The notes under the pieces are model-generated. The model was not told the origin of the DNA and ran no database searches. It saw nothing but the letters and a program-made list of their open reading frames with translations. The position numbers were made by a program, and so were the translations under genes. Shown here in pieces: positions 30,882 to 42,000 of a stretch of 64,000 nucleotides of DNA; position 1 is the stretch's first letter, and the number at the start of each line of letters is the position of its first letter. The stretch is from positions 2,657 through 66,656 of the forward strand of contig JASMAS010000074.1 of assembly GCA_030754235.1 (NCBI GenBank), given 5' to 3'. This DNA comes from Litorilituus sp. (GTDB taxonomy: Bacteria > Pseudomonadota > Gammaproteobacteria > Enterobacterales > Alteromonadaceae).

Positions 30882-31979
30882 TTACTTTTGTGGCACCGGG
30901 GATAATAAACGTGCATGTACTGTGACTTCTTCACGATCATAATACAAATGCTTAGCATACAATTCATATTTTACGTTGTGTTTGCTAAAGGCATCTTTAA
31001 TACTTTTTAAGTCTTCAGTAACTTGCTGGTATCGTCCTTTCATTGGTAACTTAAGGTTAAACATCGCTTCTTTACAATATCCATTTAACAACCAGTCAGC
31101 CATTAACTGAGCAACGCGTTGTGGCTTTTCAATCATGTCACAAACAAGCCAATAAACATTTTGCTTCATTGGTACGTATTTAAAGCCATCCATCATTTTA
31201 TGCTTAACTTGTCCAGACTCCATCAATGAGTCAGCCATTGGGCCATTATCTATCGCCGTAACCATCATACCTCGACGCACCAATTGATAAGTCCACCCAC
31301 CCGGAGCTGAGCCAAGATCAACCGCCTTCATACCAGAGGTTAAGCGGCTATCCCATTCATGTTTAGGAATAAAATATAAAAAAGCTTCATCAAGTTTTAA
31401 GGTTGAACGACTCGGTGCTTGACTAGGAAATTTAAGGCGAGGTATACCCATAACATGTGTTGAGCTATTATGCGCTAATGAAAAACCTAAAATAACTTCT
31501 TGGCCAGACAAAAATAGAGCATGTAAAATAACGTTACCATGCTGATCATCTACTTTGCTTTTCTTATCGGTTAAAACCTTAACACTTCTTAAACCTTGGC
31601 GAAGAGGTACAGCAAGCTTGCGACAAAATTTACTTAACGCTTTACCATCATTGGTATCTGCTGTTTCCATACGTAATTCGTCATATTGCCATTCAGTACC
31701 TAAGGCATCAACAATCGCTTCTACGCGATTATAGTCAGGCAGCTCAATTTTTTCAGTTAAGGTAACAAACCATTGCCTAGTAAAAATTAAGCGTTTTAGC
31801 GGTAACTTATTAATTAACGCTTCACCGTGACTATTATCATGTAGATGAAAAAAGACTAAACCTTGGTTTTTTTTCAGCTCTAAATAGCCGTACATTTCAT
31901 TCCAAGCGGCTTTTTCTTGAATTTCGGCCCCGCACTCTTTTTCAAAGCCAGGGCGACAATATAATACAATGGAAGTCAT
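30882..31979 (-). CDS. rlmM: 23S rRNA (cytidine2498-2'-O)-methyltransferase
   Basis: 365 aa. The N-terminus LYCRPGFEKECGAEI and the SAM motif DLGSAPGGWT match RlmM/YgdE. The rlmM-ygdD-gcvA synteny matches E. coli. Confidence 0.9.
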   Translation of the reverse strand: MTSIVLYCRPGFEKECGAEIQEKAAWNEMYGYLELKKNQGLVFFHLHDNSHGEALINKLPLKRLIFTRQWFVTLTEKIELPDYNRVEAIVDALGTEWQYDELRMETADTNDGKALSKFCRKLAVPLRQGLRSVKVLTDKKSKVDDQHGNVILHALFLSGQEVILGFSLAHNSSTHVMGIPRLKFPSQAPSRSTLKLDEAFLYFIPKHEWDSRLTSGMKAVDLGSAPGGWTYQLVRRGMMVTAIDNGPMADSLMESGQVKHKMMDGFKYVPMKQNVYWLVCDMIEKPQRVAQLMADWLLNGYCKEAMFNLKLPMKGRYQQVTEDLKSIKDAFSKHNVKYELYAKHLYYDREEVTVHARLLSPVPQK

Positions 31980-32374
31980 ATATTTTTTATACCTTCAATA
32001 GACAGTAAAAACCAAGCAAATGCTAACATTAGTCCGCCTAAGGGAGTTACTTTGCCAATAATGGCAAAATCGAAAAATGTTTTGATATAAATAGTGCCAC
32101 TAAAGCACAAAATACCAATAAAAAAACTAATACAGGCAACGAGCAGCAGTTTAGTCGCTGATTTATTCATGGCCCACACCAATGATGCCAACAACGCCAA
32201 CGTATGTATTAACTGATATTGTTGTGCTGTTTGTAAGCTTGACTGCGCAGTAACCGAAAGTGTTTGTCCACCATGAGCTAGCCAAGCGCCGAATAGTACC
32301 GAAAAGCAACCGCTGATGCCAACAAAAATCATTAATAATTTAACCAACGGGTTTGTGCCTTGGCTATTTCTCAT
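31976..32374 (-). CDS. DUF423 membrane protein (YgdD-like)
   Basis: 132 aa with four TM helices. It overlaps the rlmM start by 4 nt, as in the E. coli ygdD-rlmM pair. Confidence 0.8.
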   Translation of the reverse strand: MRNSQGTNPLVKLLMIFVGISGCFSVLFGAWLAHGGQTLSVTAQSSLQTAQQYQLIHTLALLASLVWAMNKSATKLLLVACISFFIGILCFSGTIYIKTFFDFAIIGKVTPLGGLMLAFAWFLLSIEGIKNI

Positions 32375-32377
32375 TCG

Positions 32378-33037
32378 TTACTCCTTAGATAATTGACGGT
32401 CAATAAAAACAACAATTCGCTGAACTGCGCTTTTCATATGCTGCTGTGCAGTAAAACCTGATTTAACTCTTGGTTTTAAGCTGTGATCCCCATCAGCTAG
32501 GAAGGTAATTTGACATAAACTTGATAACTCATAATCAACAATTTCTTGTTCAGCTCCCAAGGTATCACGATCTCCTTGGACAATAAAAATAGGCGTTTGA
32601 GTATCTTGCAATGGCTCTAATCTTAACTTTTCAGGTTTTTTAGGTGGATGAAAAGGGTAACCCACGCAAAAAACACCTTGAATTAACTGAGCAATGTCAT
32701 CATCTCCAGCAAGCATTGCTGCTACACGCCCTCCCATCGACTTACCACCTATGAATAAGGGTAATGGATAGTTAATGCACTTATTTTGTACAGCTTCAGC
32801 AACAACCGTTTTAAAACAATCAATAAGCATAGGCATTCTATCGGGTGGATAACGTTTTCCGGTTTCTGCTCGTCTATCCATATAAGGGAAGTTGAAGCGC
32901 AGTACATTAATATTGTTTTGATTAAATAAAGCCGTTATTTGTTTCATAAAGTCATGATGCATATTAGCACCTGCCCCATGAGCGAAAATAATTTGCGCTT
33001 TAGGATTTTCTACATTATTTACTATTTTACTAATCAT
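32378..33037 (-). CDS. alpha/beta-fold hydrolase
   Basis: 219 aa with the nucleophile elbow GGKSMGGR, plus a downstream D and H (GDRD, GDHS). Confidence 0.75.
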   Translation of the reverse strand: MISKIVNNVENPKAQIIFAHGAGANMHHDFMKQITALFNQNNINVLRFNFPYMDRRAETGKRYPPDRMPMLIDCFKTVVAEAVQNKCINYPLPLFIGGKSMGGRVAAMLAGDDDIAQLIQGVFCVGYPFHPPKKPEKLRLEPLQDTQTPIFIVQGDRDTLGAEQEIVDYELSSLCQITFLADGDHSLKPRVKSGFTAQQHMKSAVQRIVVFIDRQLSKE

Positions 33038-33079
33038 TTAACCATCAGCTTATTTTAAAATTACTGTTTGCATAGTCAA

Positions 33080-33114
33080 TTCCCTTTAAGTGGTATGATT
33101 CAATTTAAAGGGAA
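33080..33114 (-). terminator. hairpin downstream of gcvA (possible terminator)
   Basis: A 10-bp inverted repeat TTCCCTTTAA / TTAAAGGGAA with a 15-nt loop. The U-run after it is weak. Confidence 0.35.
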
Positions 33115-33177
33115 ATGCAAGAATTAGAGCTTACTCAATGAGTACTTTTAACCAGTAAAATGGATGATAGTTCCCCA

Positions 33178-34110
33178 TTACCCTATTTGTCCGTCGGTTA
33201 TTTGCTCTTGCTCTGCGGCAACCATGTCTAAAAGCCATGCTCTAAAGGCTTCTATTTTTCCTATGTCTTTTTGATTTTCACGACAAACTACAAAGTATGA
33301 GTTTTTACTCACTAACACATCATTAAATGGACAAACTAACCGACCCGAGTCTATATCAGGTTTAGCCAACACGCTATAGGCTAATGCTACTCCTTGACCG
33401 TGAAGCGCTGCTTGCACCACCATAGCAGAGTGACTAAAGATTGGCCCATGATTAACATTACCTCCTTTAACACCTATTTGTTTAAACCAACGTTTCCAGC
33501 CTTTACGCGATGTGTCATGCAATAGTGTGTGATATTGCAAGTCATCGAGCGTTAATAAGGGGGGTTTATTACTGACAGTATTTTCTTGAAGCAACAAAGG
33601 CGAGCATACTGGAATAAGATATTCAGTGTGCAGTTTATCCGCATGAATATTAGGCCAATTGCCTCTTCCATAATAAATAGCAACATCAACATCTTCAGTT
33701 AACGAATTCTCAGCATGATCAACGGCTTTAATTCTAACATCTATATCAGGGTGTAATGCATTAAAAGTGGTTAATTTAGGCACAAGCCACTGAATAGCAA
33801 AACTTGCTTGAGAGCTAACAGTTATAGCCCCTTTAGCGCCACGAGCCAATAGTTTCTCAGTAGCTTCGTGAAGAGAGTTAAAAATATCCTTGATATCAAG
33901 GTAATAAGACTGCCCTTCTTCTGTTAATAATAACGCCCTATTCTTTCGCATAAACAATTTTATACCTAAATACTCCTCCAACGCTTTAATTTGATGGCTA
34001 ACCGCAGCCTGGGTCACGAATAACTCTTCCGCTGCACGAGTAAAGCTAAGCTGCCTAGCTGACGCTTCAAATGCCCTAAGAGCGTTTAATGGTGGGAGTC
34101 TTCCAGCCAA
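33178..34110 (-). CDS. gcvA: LysR-family glycine cleavage system activator GcvA
   Basis: 310 aa with a TTG start. It is colinear with E. coli GcvA (LPPLNALRAFEASARQLSFTRAAEELFVTQAAVSHQIKALEEYLG ... GRLVCPFNDVLVSKNSYF). Confidence 0.92.
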   Translation of the reverse strand: MAGRLPPLNALRAFEASARQLSFTRAAEELFVTQAAVSHQIKALEEYLGIKLFMRKNRALLLTEEGQSYYLDIKDIFNSLHEATEKLLARGAKGAITVSSQASFAIQWLVPKLTTFNALHPDIDVRIKAVDHAENSLTEDVDVAIYYGRGNWPNIHADKLHTEYLIPVCSPLLLQENTVSNKPPLLTLDDLQYHTLLHDTSRKGWKRWFKQIGVKGGNVNHGPIFSHSAMVVQAALHGQGVALAYSVLAKPDIDSGRLVCPFNDVLVSKNSYFVVCRENQKDIGKIEAFRAWLLDMVAAEQEQITDGQIG

Positions 34111-34179
34111 AATACATTAATCCTTATTAGTATTGATCAAAACAAACTTGCATAATTAATTGTAAAAGCAGTATAACAA

Positions 34180-34206
34180 TTATTCATTAGTTTTTCTAAT
34201 GAATAA
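34180..34206. promoter_or_regulatory. LysR/GcvA-type palindromic operator
   Basis: Perfect 11-bp inverted repeat TTATTCATTAG-TTTTT-CTAATGAATAA. It contains the CTAAT motif reported for GcvA sites and a T-N11-A core. It lies 70-96 nt upstream of the gcvA start. Confidence 0.5.
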
Positions 34207-34415
34207 GATTAATATTTGTCGTTTTTATTTTTGAAAAAGCTTACGTATTATAACCACCATAGATGAAGGACATCACCTCAACGTTTGAGAAAAAGATAAA
34301 CAGTGCCTACCAACCCACAGCCTATCTTTTAACGCAAGAACAAGTGCGAGAGAAAGTCCTAATAAATCTATCTGCAAGTGAATTATTTATTATTAGGCAA
34401 AATTGAGGAAAACAC

Positions 34416-34718
34416 ATGAAAAATATTACTGCTTACCTATACAAACTAACTATTATTGCTACTTCTCTCGTTATGGTTTATTTCGTTTCAGGCGTCGCTG
34501 CAATTGCACAAGCCAATGAGTTACTTAAAGCGGAACCGATTGAGCAAAAAAGCTTAATAGAGCAAGCTAAACAGAACTTAGCCTTATCTTTTTCAACATT
34601 ACAAGTAAATACCAACATGAAAGAAAAGGCTATCAAAACGGTAATGATGACCAAAGAAAACTCTGTAAATAACAGTAAAGCAGCTACGTTAAGTAATACT
34701 GTAACAGTTAGCGAATAG
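34416..34718 (+). CDS. small secreted or membrane-anchored hypothetical protein
   Basis: 100 aa. A GAGGA ribosome-binding site sits 7 nt upstream. The N-terminal hydrophobic helix ends in AIAQA. A strong terminator follows. I recognise no family. Confidence 0.5.
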   Translation: MKNITAYLYKLTIIATSLVMVYFVSGVAAIAQANELLKAEPIEQKSLIEQAKQNLALSFSTLQVNTNMKEKAIKTVMMTKENSVNNSKAATLSNTVTVSE

Positions 34719-34786
34719 CCATAAACAAAGAATCTTATTATGTCACGCTAAGCGGACTAATTTATTAATGTAATTAAAGACTACTC

Positions 34787-34827
34787 AAAAAAAGGGGCGC
34801 AATACAGTCAGTATTGTGCCCCTTTTA
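34787..34827. terminator. bidirectional rho-independent terminator (small ORF / kdsA)
   Basis: GGGGCGCAATAC-AGTCA-GTATTGTGCCCC (12 bp including one G-U pair), flanked by an A-run on the 5' side and a T-run on the 3' side. It sits between convergent genes. Confidence 0.8.
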
Positions 34828-34846
34828 ACAATAGTTAACAGCTTAT

Positions 34847-35707
<861 letters not shown>

Positions 35708-35872
35708 CTAAAGAAGGCAAAATAGCATTCTTGAAATAATAGTAAAAAGTAAAAGTTCAACGTTACGTGGTATAGCCTTAATGTCACAGAAAAAGCACAG
35801 AGTTGATGATTATCAATGAGTACTTATGATACCGACATTTAGTTATACACTAAGAAGGTGAACCTCTATCAA

Positions 35873-37117
35873 CTAACTTCCTATAACTCTTAATAACTGG
35901 CCACACATCCACGCCATGTACGTCCCTAAGGCATAACCTAACACGGCTAACAATACACCAACAGGTGCAAGTGAAGGGTGAAATGCTGAAGCGATAACAG
36001 GTGCCGACGCTGCTCCCCCTATATTAGCTTTACTTCCTACCGCTAAATAAAAGATAGGGGCTTTAATTATTTTACCAACAATAAAGAGCAATATCACATG
36101 AACAGCCATCCAAATAAGTCCAATAACAACATATTTAGGTGCCTCGACAATTTGTGTAATATCCATATGTAAGCCGATGGTAGCGACTAAGATATAAAGA
36201 AAACTACTACCAATTTTTGATGCACCAACCGCTTCTAGTTGTCTAAGCTTAGTGAAAGACATAGTCAAGCCAATAGTTGTCACTAAAACAATTATCCAAA
36301 ATAGTTTACTATGAAGGCTAAATTTTTCTAAATCAGGGTAATTCACTTTAAAAAAGGGGACGAGAAAATCAGCAGCTAAATGGGCAAAACCAGCAGCGCC
36401 AAAGCCAACCGCAGCAATAATCATTATATCTTTTAATTCAGGACGTCTAGCATATTCACGCTCAAATGCTTCAACTTTATCAATAAGCTTATCAATACCT
36501 GAGGTATCAGCACCACTTTTAGCATCAATGCGCTTATGGTTAGCGGCAAAATAAAGTAAAAAGGCCATCCAAATGTTAGCAACAACGATGTCAACGGTCA
36601 CCATAATCGTAAAAATTTTACCATCAGCGCCATATATCTCCTTCATGGCTAGCATATTAGCACCACCACCAATCCAGCTACCCGCAAGTGCTGCCATACC
36701 TCGCCATACAGCATCTGGGCCTGTAACACCTAGCAACTCAGGCCAAACAGCCGAAATAGCCAATAACGCAATAGGTCCACCGATAACAACGCCAACAGTA
36801 CCGGTAAAAAACATGATAATGGCTTTATTACCTAAAGCGGCAATAGCTTTCAGATCAATACTTAAGGTCAATAACACTAAACAGGCGGGCAATAAATAAT
36901 ATTTAGCCACTTCATCAACATTACTCACCTGGGCACTTACAATACCAAAAGTGTTTAATAAAGAAGGTAGGAGGTAGCAAATAAGTAATGCTGGAACATA
37001 CCGGTAAAATTTTTGCCAAACAGGGTGTCGACTATTCGAGCTATAAAAAACAAAGCCTAAAATGACAGCTAATATCCCTAATACAGTAGCGTCATTGGTG
37101 ATTAATGGTGCAGACAT
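35873..37117 (-). CDS. DUF819 family polytopic membrane protein
   Basis: 414 aa with about 12 predicted TM helices. The family call is from memory. Confidence 0.7.
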   Translation of the reverse strand: MSAPLITNDATVLGILAVILGFVFYSSNSRHPVWQKFYRYVPALLICYLLPSLLNTFGIVSAQVSNVDEVAKYYLLPACLVLLTLSIDLKAIAALGNKAIIMFFTGTVGVVIGGPIALLAISAVWPELLGVTGPDAVWRGMAALAGSWIGGGANMLAMKEIYGADGKIFTIMVTVDIVVANIWMAFLLYFAANHKRIDAKSGADTSGIDKLIDKVEAFEREYARRPELKDIMIIAAVGFGAAGFAHLAADFLVPFFKVNYPDLEKFSLHSKLFWIIVLVTTIGLTMSFTKLRQLEAVGASKIGSSFLYILVATIGLHMDITQIVEAPKYVVIGLIWMAVHVILLFIVGKIIKAPIFYLAVGSKANIGGAASAPVIASAFHPSLAPVGVLLAVLGYALGTYMAWMCGQLLRVIGS

Positions 37118-37161
37118 TAATTTTCCTATTGTGATTAGTTATTTTTAAATGTAAGTTTTCA

Positions 37162-38001
37162 TTAGTGAAACGTTGGGTCACTGATGGTGATATTATCAAG
37201 TTGAATTTTTAATAATTGTGCAGCGGGGTCTTTGGGACACTGCTCAACAAAGTAACGATAATCATCAACTGCTACTTTAAAGCAATCTAATTGATGAAGC
37301 AAAAAGCCTCTATCACGACGCTGTAATGGATCGTCAGGATTTAGTGACAGTAAAACATCAACACACAACAACGCCTTATCAAATACTTGCTCTCTAATTA
37401 GCACATTTTTTAGCATCGTTAAGTGCTCAATCAAAATTGCGCTGTGATTCATCATTGATATTACATGCTCACTTGGATCGCCATCAAGCTCCTCTAGGCA
37501 AGAGTCTAGCTCGTGCCAATCAAGCGACTGTCCTGTAACCGCATCAAAAACGATAGCGTAATCATCATTACAACATAAACGTACCATCACTTTATTAGGC
37601 ACAAAAACCAGGTCAGTACTAAAACCACAAGCATTAAGAATTTCACTCACCACTCCCGCTTTGATCATCGGAGACATTTGGCGCAGGTTTAACCCTGTTG
37701 CCACTTTAAAAGCACTAAGTGGCCAATTTTTGTGATGAGTATCAATAAATAAATGTTGATAAAATAATTCATTTAATAATGCTTCTGCTTTTTCTAGCGG
37801 TGATTCTATTTCAATAACCACCGCTAGACACTGCTCAACAATAGCCTCTAGCGTATCAAGTGATTGTTGAGTGTTAAAATCGTTTTCATTGTACTGTTCT
37901 TGAAAAATATACTCTTCCAGTAGGACTAGGGTTTGCAATAAATCTTTTTTTTCTGATTTTAATTCTGACAATAGTAATTCAGGTAACAATAAAGTATTCA
38001 T
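37162..38001 (-). CDS. sirB1: SirB1 (YchA)-like transglutaminase/TPR-like protein
   Basis: 279 aa. Its position in the conserved prfA-prmC-sirB2-sirB1-kdsA block supports the call. Confidence 0.7.
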   Translation of the reverse strand: MNTLLLPELLLSELKSEKKDLLQTLVLLEEYIFQEQYNENDFNTQQSLDTLEAIVEQCLAVVIEIESPLEKAEALLNELFYQHLFIDTHHKNWPLSAFKVATGLNLRQMSPMIKAGVVSEILNACGFSTDLVFVPNKVMVRLCCNDDYAIVFDAVTGQSLDWHELDSCLEELDGDPSEHVISMMNHSAILIEHLTMLKNVLIREQVFDKALLCVDVLLSLNPDDPLQRRDRGFLLHQLDCFKVAVDDYRYFVEQCPKDPAAQLLKIQLDNITISDPTFH

Positions 38002-38026
38002 AAAAGTTTAATATATATGTTAATTA

Positions 38027-38392
38027 TTATAGAAAAAACATGGGTTCTCTAGTCATCGCTAGTCTCACTACTAATAATACCCAGCCCATTGCCCCTAAAT
38101 AACCAATCCATTGCATGATTTTATTACGAGCAAGTTTTAAGGTGTAATACCCAGTAAAAATATAAGCAATTACAGCTAATAATTTTTCTGCAAACCATAA
38201 CTGCTCTAGCGGGTGTATATAGTATTTCACTGCCATAACAACACCAATAGTTAACAAAAGCGTATCAATAATATGCGGTGTTATTTTCACCCATTTTGCC
38301 TGTAACTTAGGTGAGTTAACTAAAGCCCATAAAAAACGTAAGCTAAACAAGCTAACACTAATCGCGGCTAGCGTCATATGGAAATGTTTCAA
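38027..38392 (-). CDS. sirB2: SirB2 (YchQ)-like membrane protein
   Basis: 121 aa with four TM helices. The call is supported by synteny. Confidence 0.7.
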   Translation of the reverse strand: MKHFHMTLAAISVSLFSLRFLWALVNSPKLQAKWVKITPHIIDTLLLTIGVVMAVKYYIHPLEQLWFAEKLLAVIAYIFTGYYTLKLARNKIMQWIGYLGAMGWVLLVVRLAMTREPMFFL

Positions 38393-38424
38393 AATTATAT
38401 CTCCTAATCGTCTAATAAACGGTA

Positions 38425-39300
38425 TTAAGGCCTAATAGCCCAAGTGATACGATCATTACCATTTAAGTCTTGTACTGTTTTTGGGGTTTTATAGCCTTTT
38501 TTTAACAAGAGCTCTCGAACAGTTTGCCCCTGTTCAAAGCCATGCTCAAAAAACAATCTTCCACCTTTTACTAAATATTTCATTGCGTTATTTGTGATAT
38601 AACGAATATCAGCTAACCCTTGTTCATGTGCGACTAACGCAGATTTTGGCTCAAAACGCACATCACCTTGCGTTAAGTTTTCATCGTCTTCATCAATATA
38701 AGGAGGATTAGAAACAATGATATCGAATGACTTTTCAGCTGACACTGCACTAAACCAATCACTTTGATAAAGTTGAACATGGGCTAACCCAAGCCTTAGT
38801 GCGTTTTGTTTTGCTAAGCTCACAACATCATGATTGAAATCTACTGCTTCAATATGCCAACGAGGATTTTCAGCAGCTAAAGCAAGCGCGATTGCCCCCG
38901 TACCAGTACCTAAGTCTAAACAGTGCTTCACTTCATTATCAGCGTACAATTTAAGCACTAATTCTATTAAAGTTTCAGTGTCAGGACGAGGAATTAACGT
39001 CGCCGGAGAAACTTTCAGTGGCAAAGACCAAAACTCTTTTTCCTCGATAATATAGGCGATGGGCTCGCCTTGGTATCGACGAGTTAATAAAGTAATATAA
39101 TGAGTTAGCTGTTGTTCAGTTATTAATTGTTCTGGCCAAGTAAACAAAAAACTATGGGGCTTATTGAGCGCAAAAGACAGCAAAATTTGTGCATCAAGTA
39201 AGGCACTATCAGAGCCAGAAGTTAATAGCTGCTGTCCTTGGCTAATGACATTTTTAATAGAATTATCGCCATAAAAGCGAAAGCACAAACCAAAGCCCAT
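38425..39300 (-). CDS. prmC: peptide chain release factor N5-glutamine methyltransferase
   Basis: 291 aa with the SAM motif LDLGTGTGAIAL and the catalytic NPPY (SNPPYIDEDD). The start is 4 nt after the prfA stop. Confidence 0.92.
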   Translation of the reverse strand: MGFGLCFRFYGDNSIKNVISQGQQLLTSGSDSALLDAQILLSFALNKPHSFLFTWPEQLITEQQLTHYITLLTRRYQGEPIAYIIEEKEFWSLPLKVSPATLIPRPDTETLIELVLKLYADNEVKHCLDLGTGTGAIALALAAENPRWHIEAVDFNHDVVSLAKQNALRLGLAHVQLYQSDWFSAVSAEKSFDIIVSNPPYIDEDDENLTQGDVRFEPKSALVAHEQGLADIRYITNNAMKYLVKGGRLFFEHGFEQGQTVRELLLKKGYKTPKTVQDLNGNDRITWAIRP

Positions 39301-39304
39301 TGAA

Positions 39305-40393
39305 TTAATCTTGTGACGCTAGTTCAGCTAATAAATCAGCTTGGTTTTCTTGCATAATTGGCTCCATCACCAGTTGCAAGTTACCTTCCATCACTTCATT
39401 TAAACGATATAATGTTAAATTAATACGATGGTCACTCATTCGACCTTGAGGGAAATTATAAGTACGAATCCTTTCAGAGCGATCGCCACTAGCGACTAAG
39501 TTGCGACGTGAAGACTCTTCTTCGCTTCGACGCTTTTCATCTTCAGCTTGCTGTAAACGTGCTTGTAATACAGACATTGCTTGAGCGCGGTTTTTATGTT
39601 GTGAACGTTGATCTTGACATTCCACCACCACACCAGTTGGAATATGAGTGATACGTATAGCAGAATCTGTTTTGTTAACATGCTGACCACCAGCACCTGA
39701 CGCTCTAAAGGTATCAATTCTCAAATCAGCTTTATTAATTTCAATAGCTTGTGATTCTGGAATTTCAGGCATAACCACTACTGTACAAGCAGAAGTATGA
39801 ACACGACCTTGAGATTCTGTTTCAGGTACACGTTGTACGCGGTGACCTCCTGATTCAAACTTCATTTGACCATAGACACCCTCACCATTGATTTTCATAA
39901 TCAATTCTTTAAAGCCGCCCTGCTCACTTTCATTAGAGTTCATCACTTCAATTTTCCAACCTTGCTTTTCAGCATAACGGCTGTACATTCTAAATAAGTC
40001 CCCAACAAAAATAGCCGCTTCATCACCACCTGCACCAGCGCGAATTTCAACAAAACAGTTGTTATCATCGTTAGGGTCACGTGGAAGCAGGAGTATTTGC
40101 AGTTCATCGGCTAAACCTGATACGGCTTTTTTTGCCTCTTTAAACTCTTCTTGAGCCATTTCACGCATATCAGGATCATCGTCTTTTAGCATCATTTCTG
40201 CAGTAGCAAAATCACCTTCAGCTTCTTTATAATGACTAAAAACTGAAGTGACTTGTTCTAACTGTTTAAATTCTTGAGATAAGGTACGAAATTTTTCTTG
40301 ATCACTGATGGTTTCAGGATCGGACAATAAGGCTTGTACTTCTTCAAAGCGTTCAACTAAGCCTTCAAGCTTTTGATATACTGACGATTTCAT
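39305..40393 (-). CDS. prfA: peptide chain release factor 1
   Basis: 362 aa with the GGQ motif (SGAGGQHVN) and the RF1 tripeptide P-x-T (VPETESQGR). Confidence 0.96.
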   Translation of the reverse strand: MKSSVYQKLEGLVERFEEVQALLSDPETISDQEKFRTLSQEFKQLEQVTSVFSHYKEAEGDFATAEMMLKDDDPDMREMAQEEFKEAKKAVSGLADELQILLLPRDPNDDNNCFVEIRAGAGGDEAAIFVGDLFRMYSRYAEKQGWKIEVMNSNESEQGGFKELIMKINGEGVYGQMKFESGGHRVQRVPETESQGRVHTSACTVVVMPEIPESQAIEINKADLRIDTFRASGAGGQHVNKTDSAIRITHIPTGVVVECQDQRSQHKNRAQAMSVLQARLQQAEDEKRRSEEESSRRNLVASGDRSERIRTYNFPQGRMSDHRINLTLYRLNEVMEGNLQLVMEPIMQENQADLLAELASQD

Positions 40394-40495
40394 TAAAATA
40401 ATCTTTTCTTCTTTTCTTATTAATAAAAGGGTTTTAAAACAAGGAAAACTAAATTGGCGCTATTCTAGCACAGTAAAGATTAGTTAATCAGGAAA

Positions 40496-41767
40496 TTATG
40501 ACTTGCTGCTGTCAATATCAAAAATATCACGTAAATAAATCAGTTTATCTAATTCACCACCTTGAGCAGCAGATTGAATAGCACTCGTAGGTGCATGCAT
40601 AAATTTATTGGTTAACTTGATGGCAAGCTCGTTGACAACTGCTTGAGGGTTTTTACCCGTATTTAATTGAGTTAGTGCTTTTTCAAGCAATAAATCACGT
40701 TCAGATAAGCACTGCTTACGATAACTAACCACCGTATCTTGAGTATTTAAACCGCGTAGCCATGCCATAAAACTACCTGACTGGCGGTTAACAATACTTT
40801 CTGCTTCTACCGCGGCTTTGCGGCGATTCTCTAGGTTTTGCGCAATAATACTTTGTAAATCATCAACGGTATAAAGAAACACATCTTCTAAGTCGCCTAC
40901 TTGCTCTTCTATATCTCGTGGTACGGCTAAATCCACCATAAAAATGGGTTGATGGCGACGTTTACTTAGCGCTTGTTCAACCATACCTTTACCAATAATA
41001 GGTAAAGTAGAACCTGTTGAGCTTATCACAATGTCAGCTTCACTCATCACTTCAGGTATTTGTCCTAAAGTGATCACTTCAGCACCAATTTGATTAGCCA
41101 TATTCTCTGCTCGAGCAATAGTACGATTAGCGACAGTTATTTTTCCAACATTGTTTTCATATAAATGTTTAGCAACTAACTCTATTGTTTCACCGGCACC
41201 AACAAGTAATACTCGGACTTTTTCAAGACTGGCAAAAATATGTTTAGCTAAATTAACACTCGCAAAAGCCACAGAGACAGCACTGGCACCTATTTCAGTT
41301 TCAGTGCGCACTTGTTTAGCAACTCCAAAAGTTCGCTGAAACAGTCTATCCATCACAAGAGCCATAGAACCCGCCGCTTTTGCTTGGCTATAAGCTTGTT
41401 TCATTTGTCCTAAAATTTGTGGTTCACCTAAGACTAATGAGTCTAAACCACAAGCAACACGCATCATATGATTGACGGCTTGCTGATCAAGGTGCCAATA
41501 AATACTAGGTAAAATAGTGGATGCGGGGACATTATGGTAGCTCTCTAACCACTGAACAAGACGCGCTTGTGTATGTTCAACATCGCCTTCTTGAACAAGA
41601 TACAATTCGGTTCTATTACAGGTAGATAAAATAGCAACTTCACGACACTGCACAGCAGATAACATCTCTTGAAGCGCAACAGAAAGTTTATCCGGGTTAA
41701 AGGATATTTTTTCTCTAACTGCAACGGGTGCAGTCTTATGGTTAATTCCAACAGCAACTATGGACAA
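40496..41767 (-). CDS. hemA: glutamyl-tRNA reductase
   Basis: 423 aa with a TTG start. It contains GINHKTAPVAVREK and STCNRTELY (catalytic Cys). Confidence 0.95.
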   Translation of the reverse strand: MSIVAVGINHKTAPVAVREKISFNPDKLSVALQEMLSAVQCREVAILSTCNRTELYLVQEGDVEHTQARLVQWLESYHNVPASTILPSIYWHLDQQAVNHMMRVACGLDSLVLGEPQILGQMKQAYSQAKAAGSMALVMDRLFQRTFGVAKQVRTETEIGASAVSVAFASVNLAKHIFASLEKVRVLLVGAGETIELVAKHLYENNVGKITVANRTIARAENMANQIGAEVITLGQIPEVMSEADIVISSTGSTLPIIGKGMVEQALSKRRHQPIFMVDLAVPRDIEEQVGDLEDVFLYTVDDLQSIIAQNLENRRKAAVEAESIVNRQSGSFMAWLRGLNTQDTVVSYRKQCLSERDLLLEKALTQLNTGKNPQAVVNELAIKLTNKFMHAPTSAIQSAAQGGELDKLIYLRDIFDIDSSKS

Positions 41768-42000
41768 TGTAACAAACCTATTGATAATTTACTTACTTTC
41801 AATGCCAGTATACCGCATGCACAGTATAGAAAATATGATCTGCAATAAAAATCACAAAAAAGCGTTGTAATTTTACAAAATAGCTTTACTTATTTAAAGC
41901 AAAAAGCTGGAAAAAATTGGTTAAATTAAGATGACTTAAGTTGAATTGCATAAGTTGCTGTGTTCCAATAACCACCTAATCGTGCCTATTTTAAATACCC

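Noticed and set aside
34111-34415. Search for the sRNA gene gcvB divergent from gcvA
   Set aside because: No G/U-rich R1-like stretch and no intrinsic terminator are present on the plus strand before the 34416 ORF. The G/U-rich strand is the gcvA-sense strand. I kept this as a finding about its absence rather than annotating an ncRNA.
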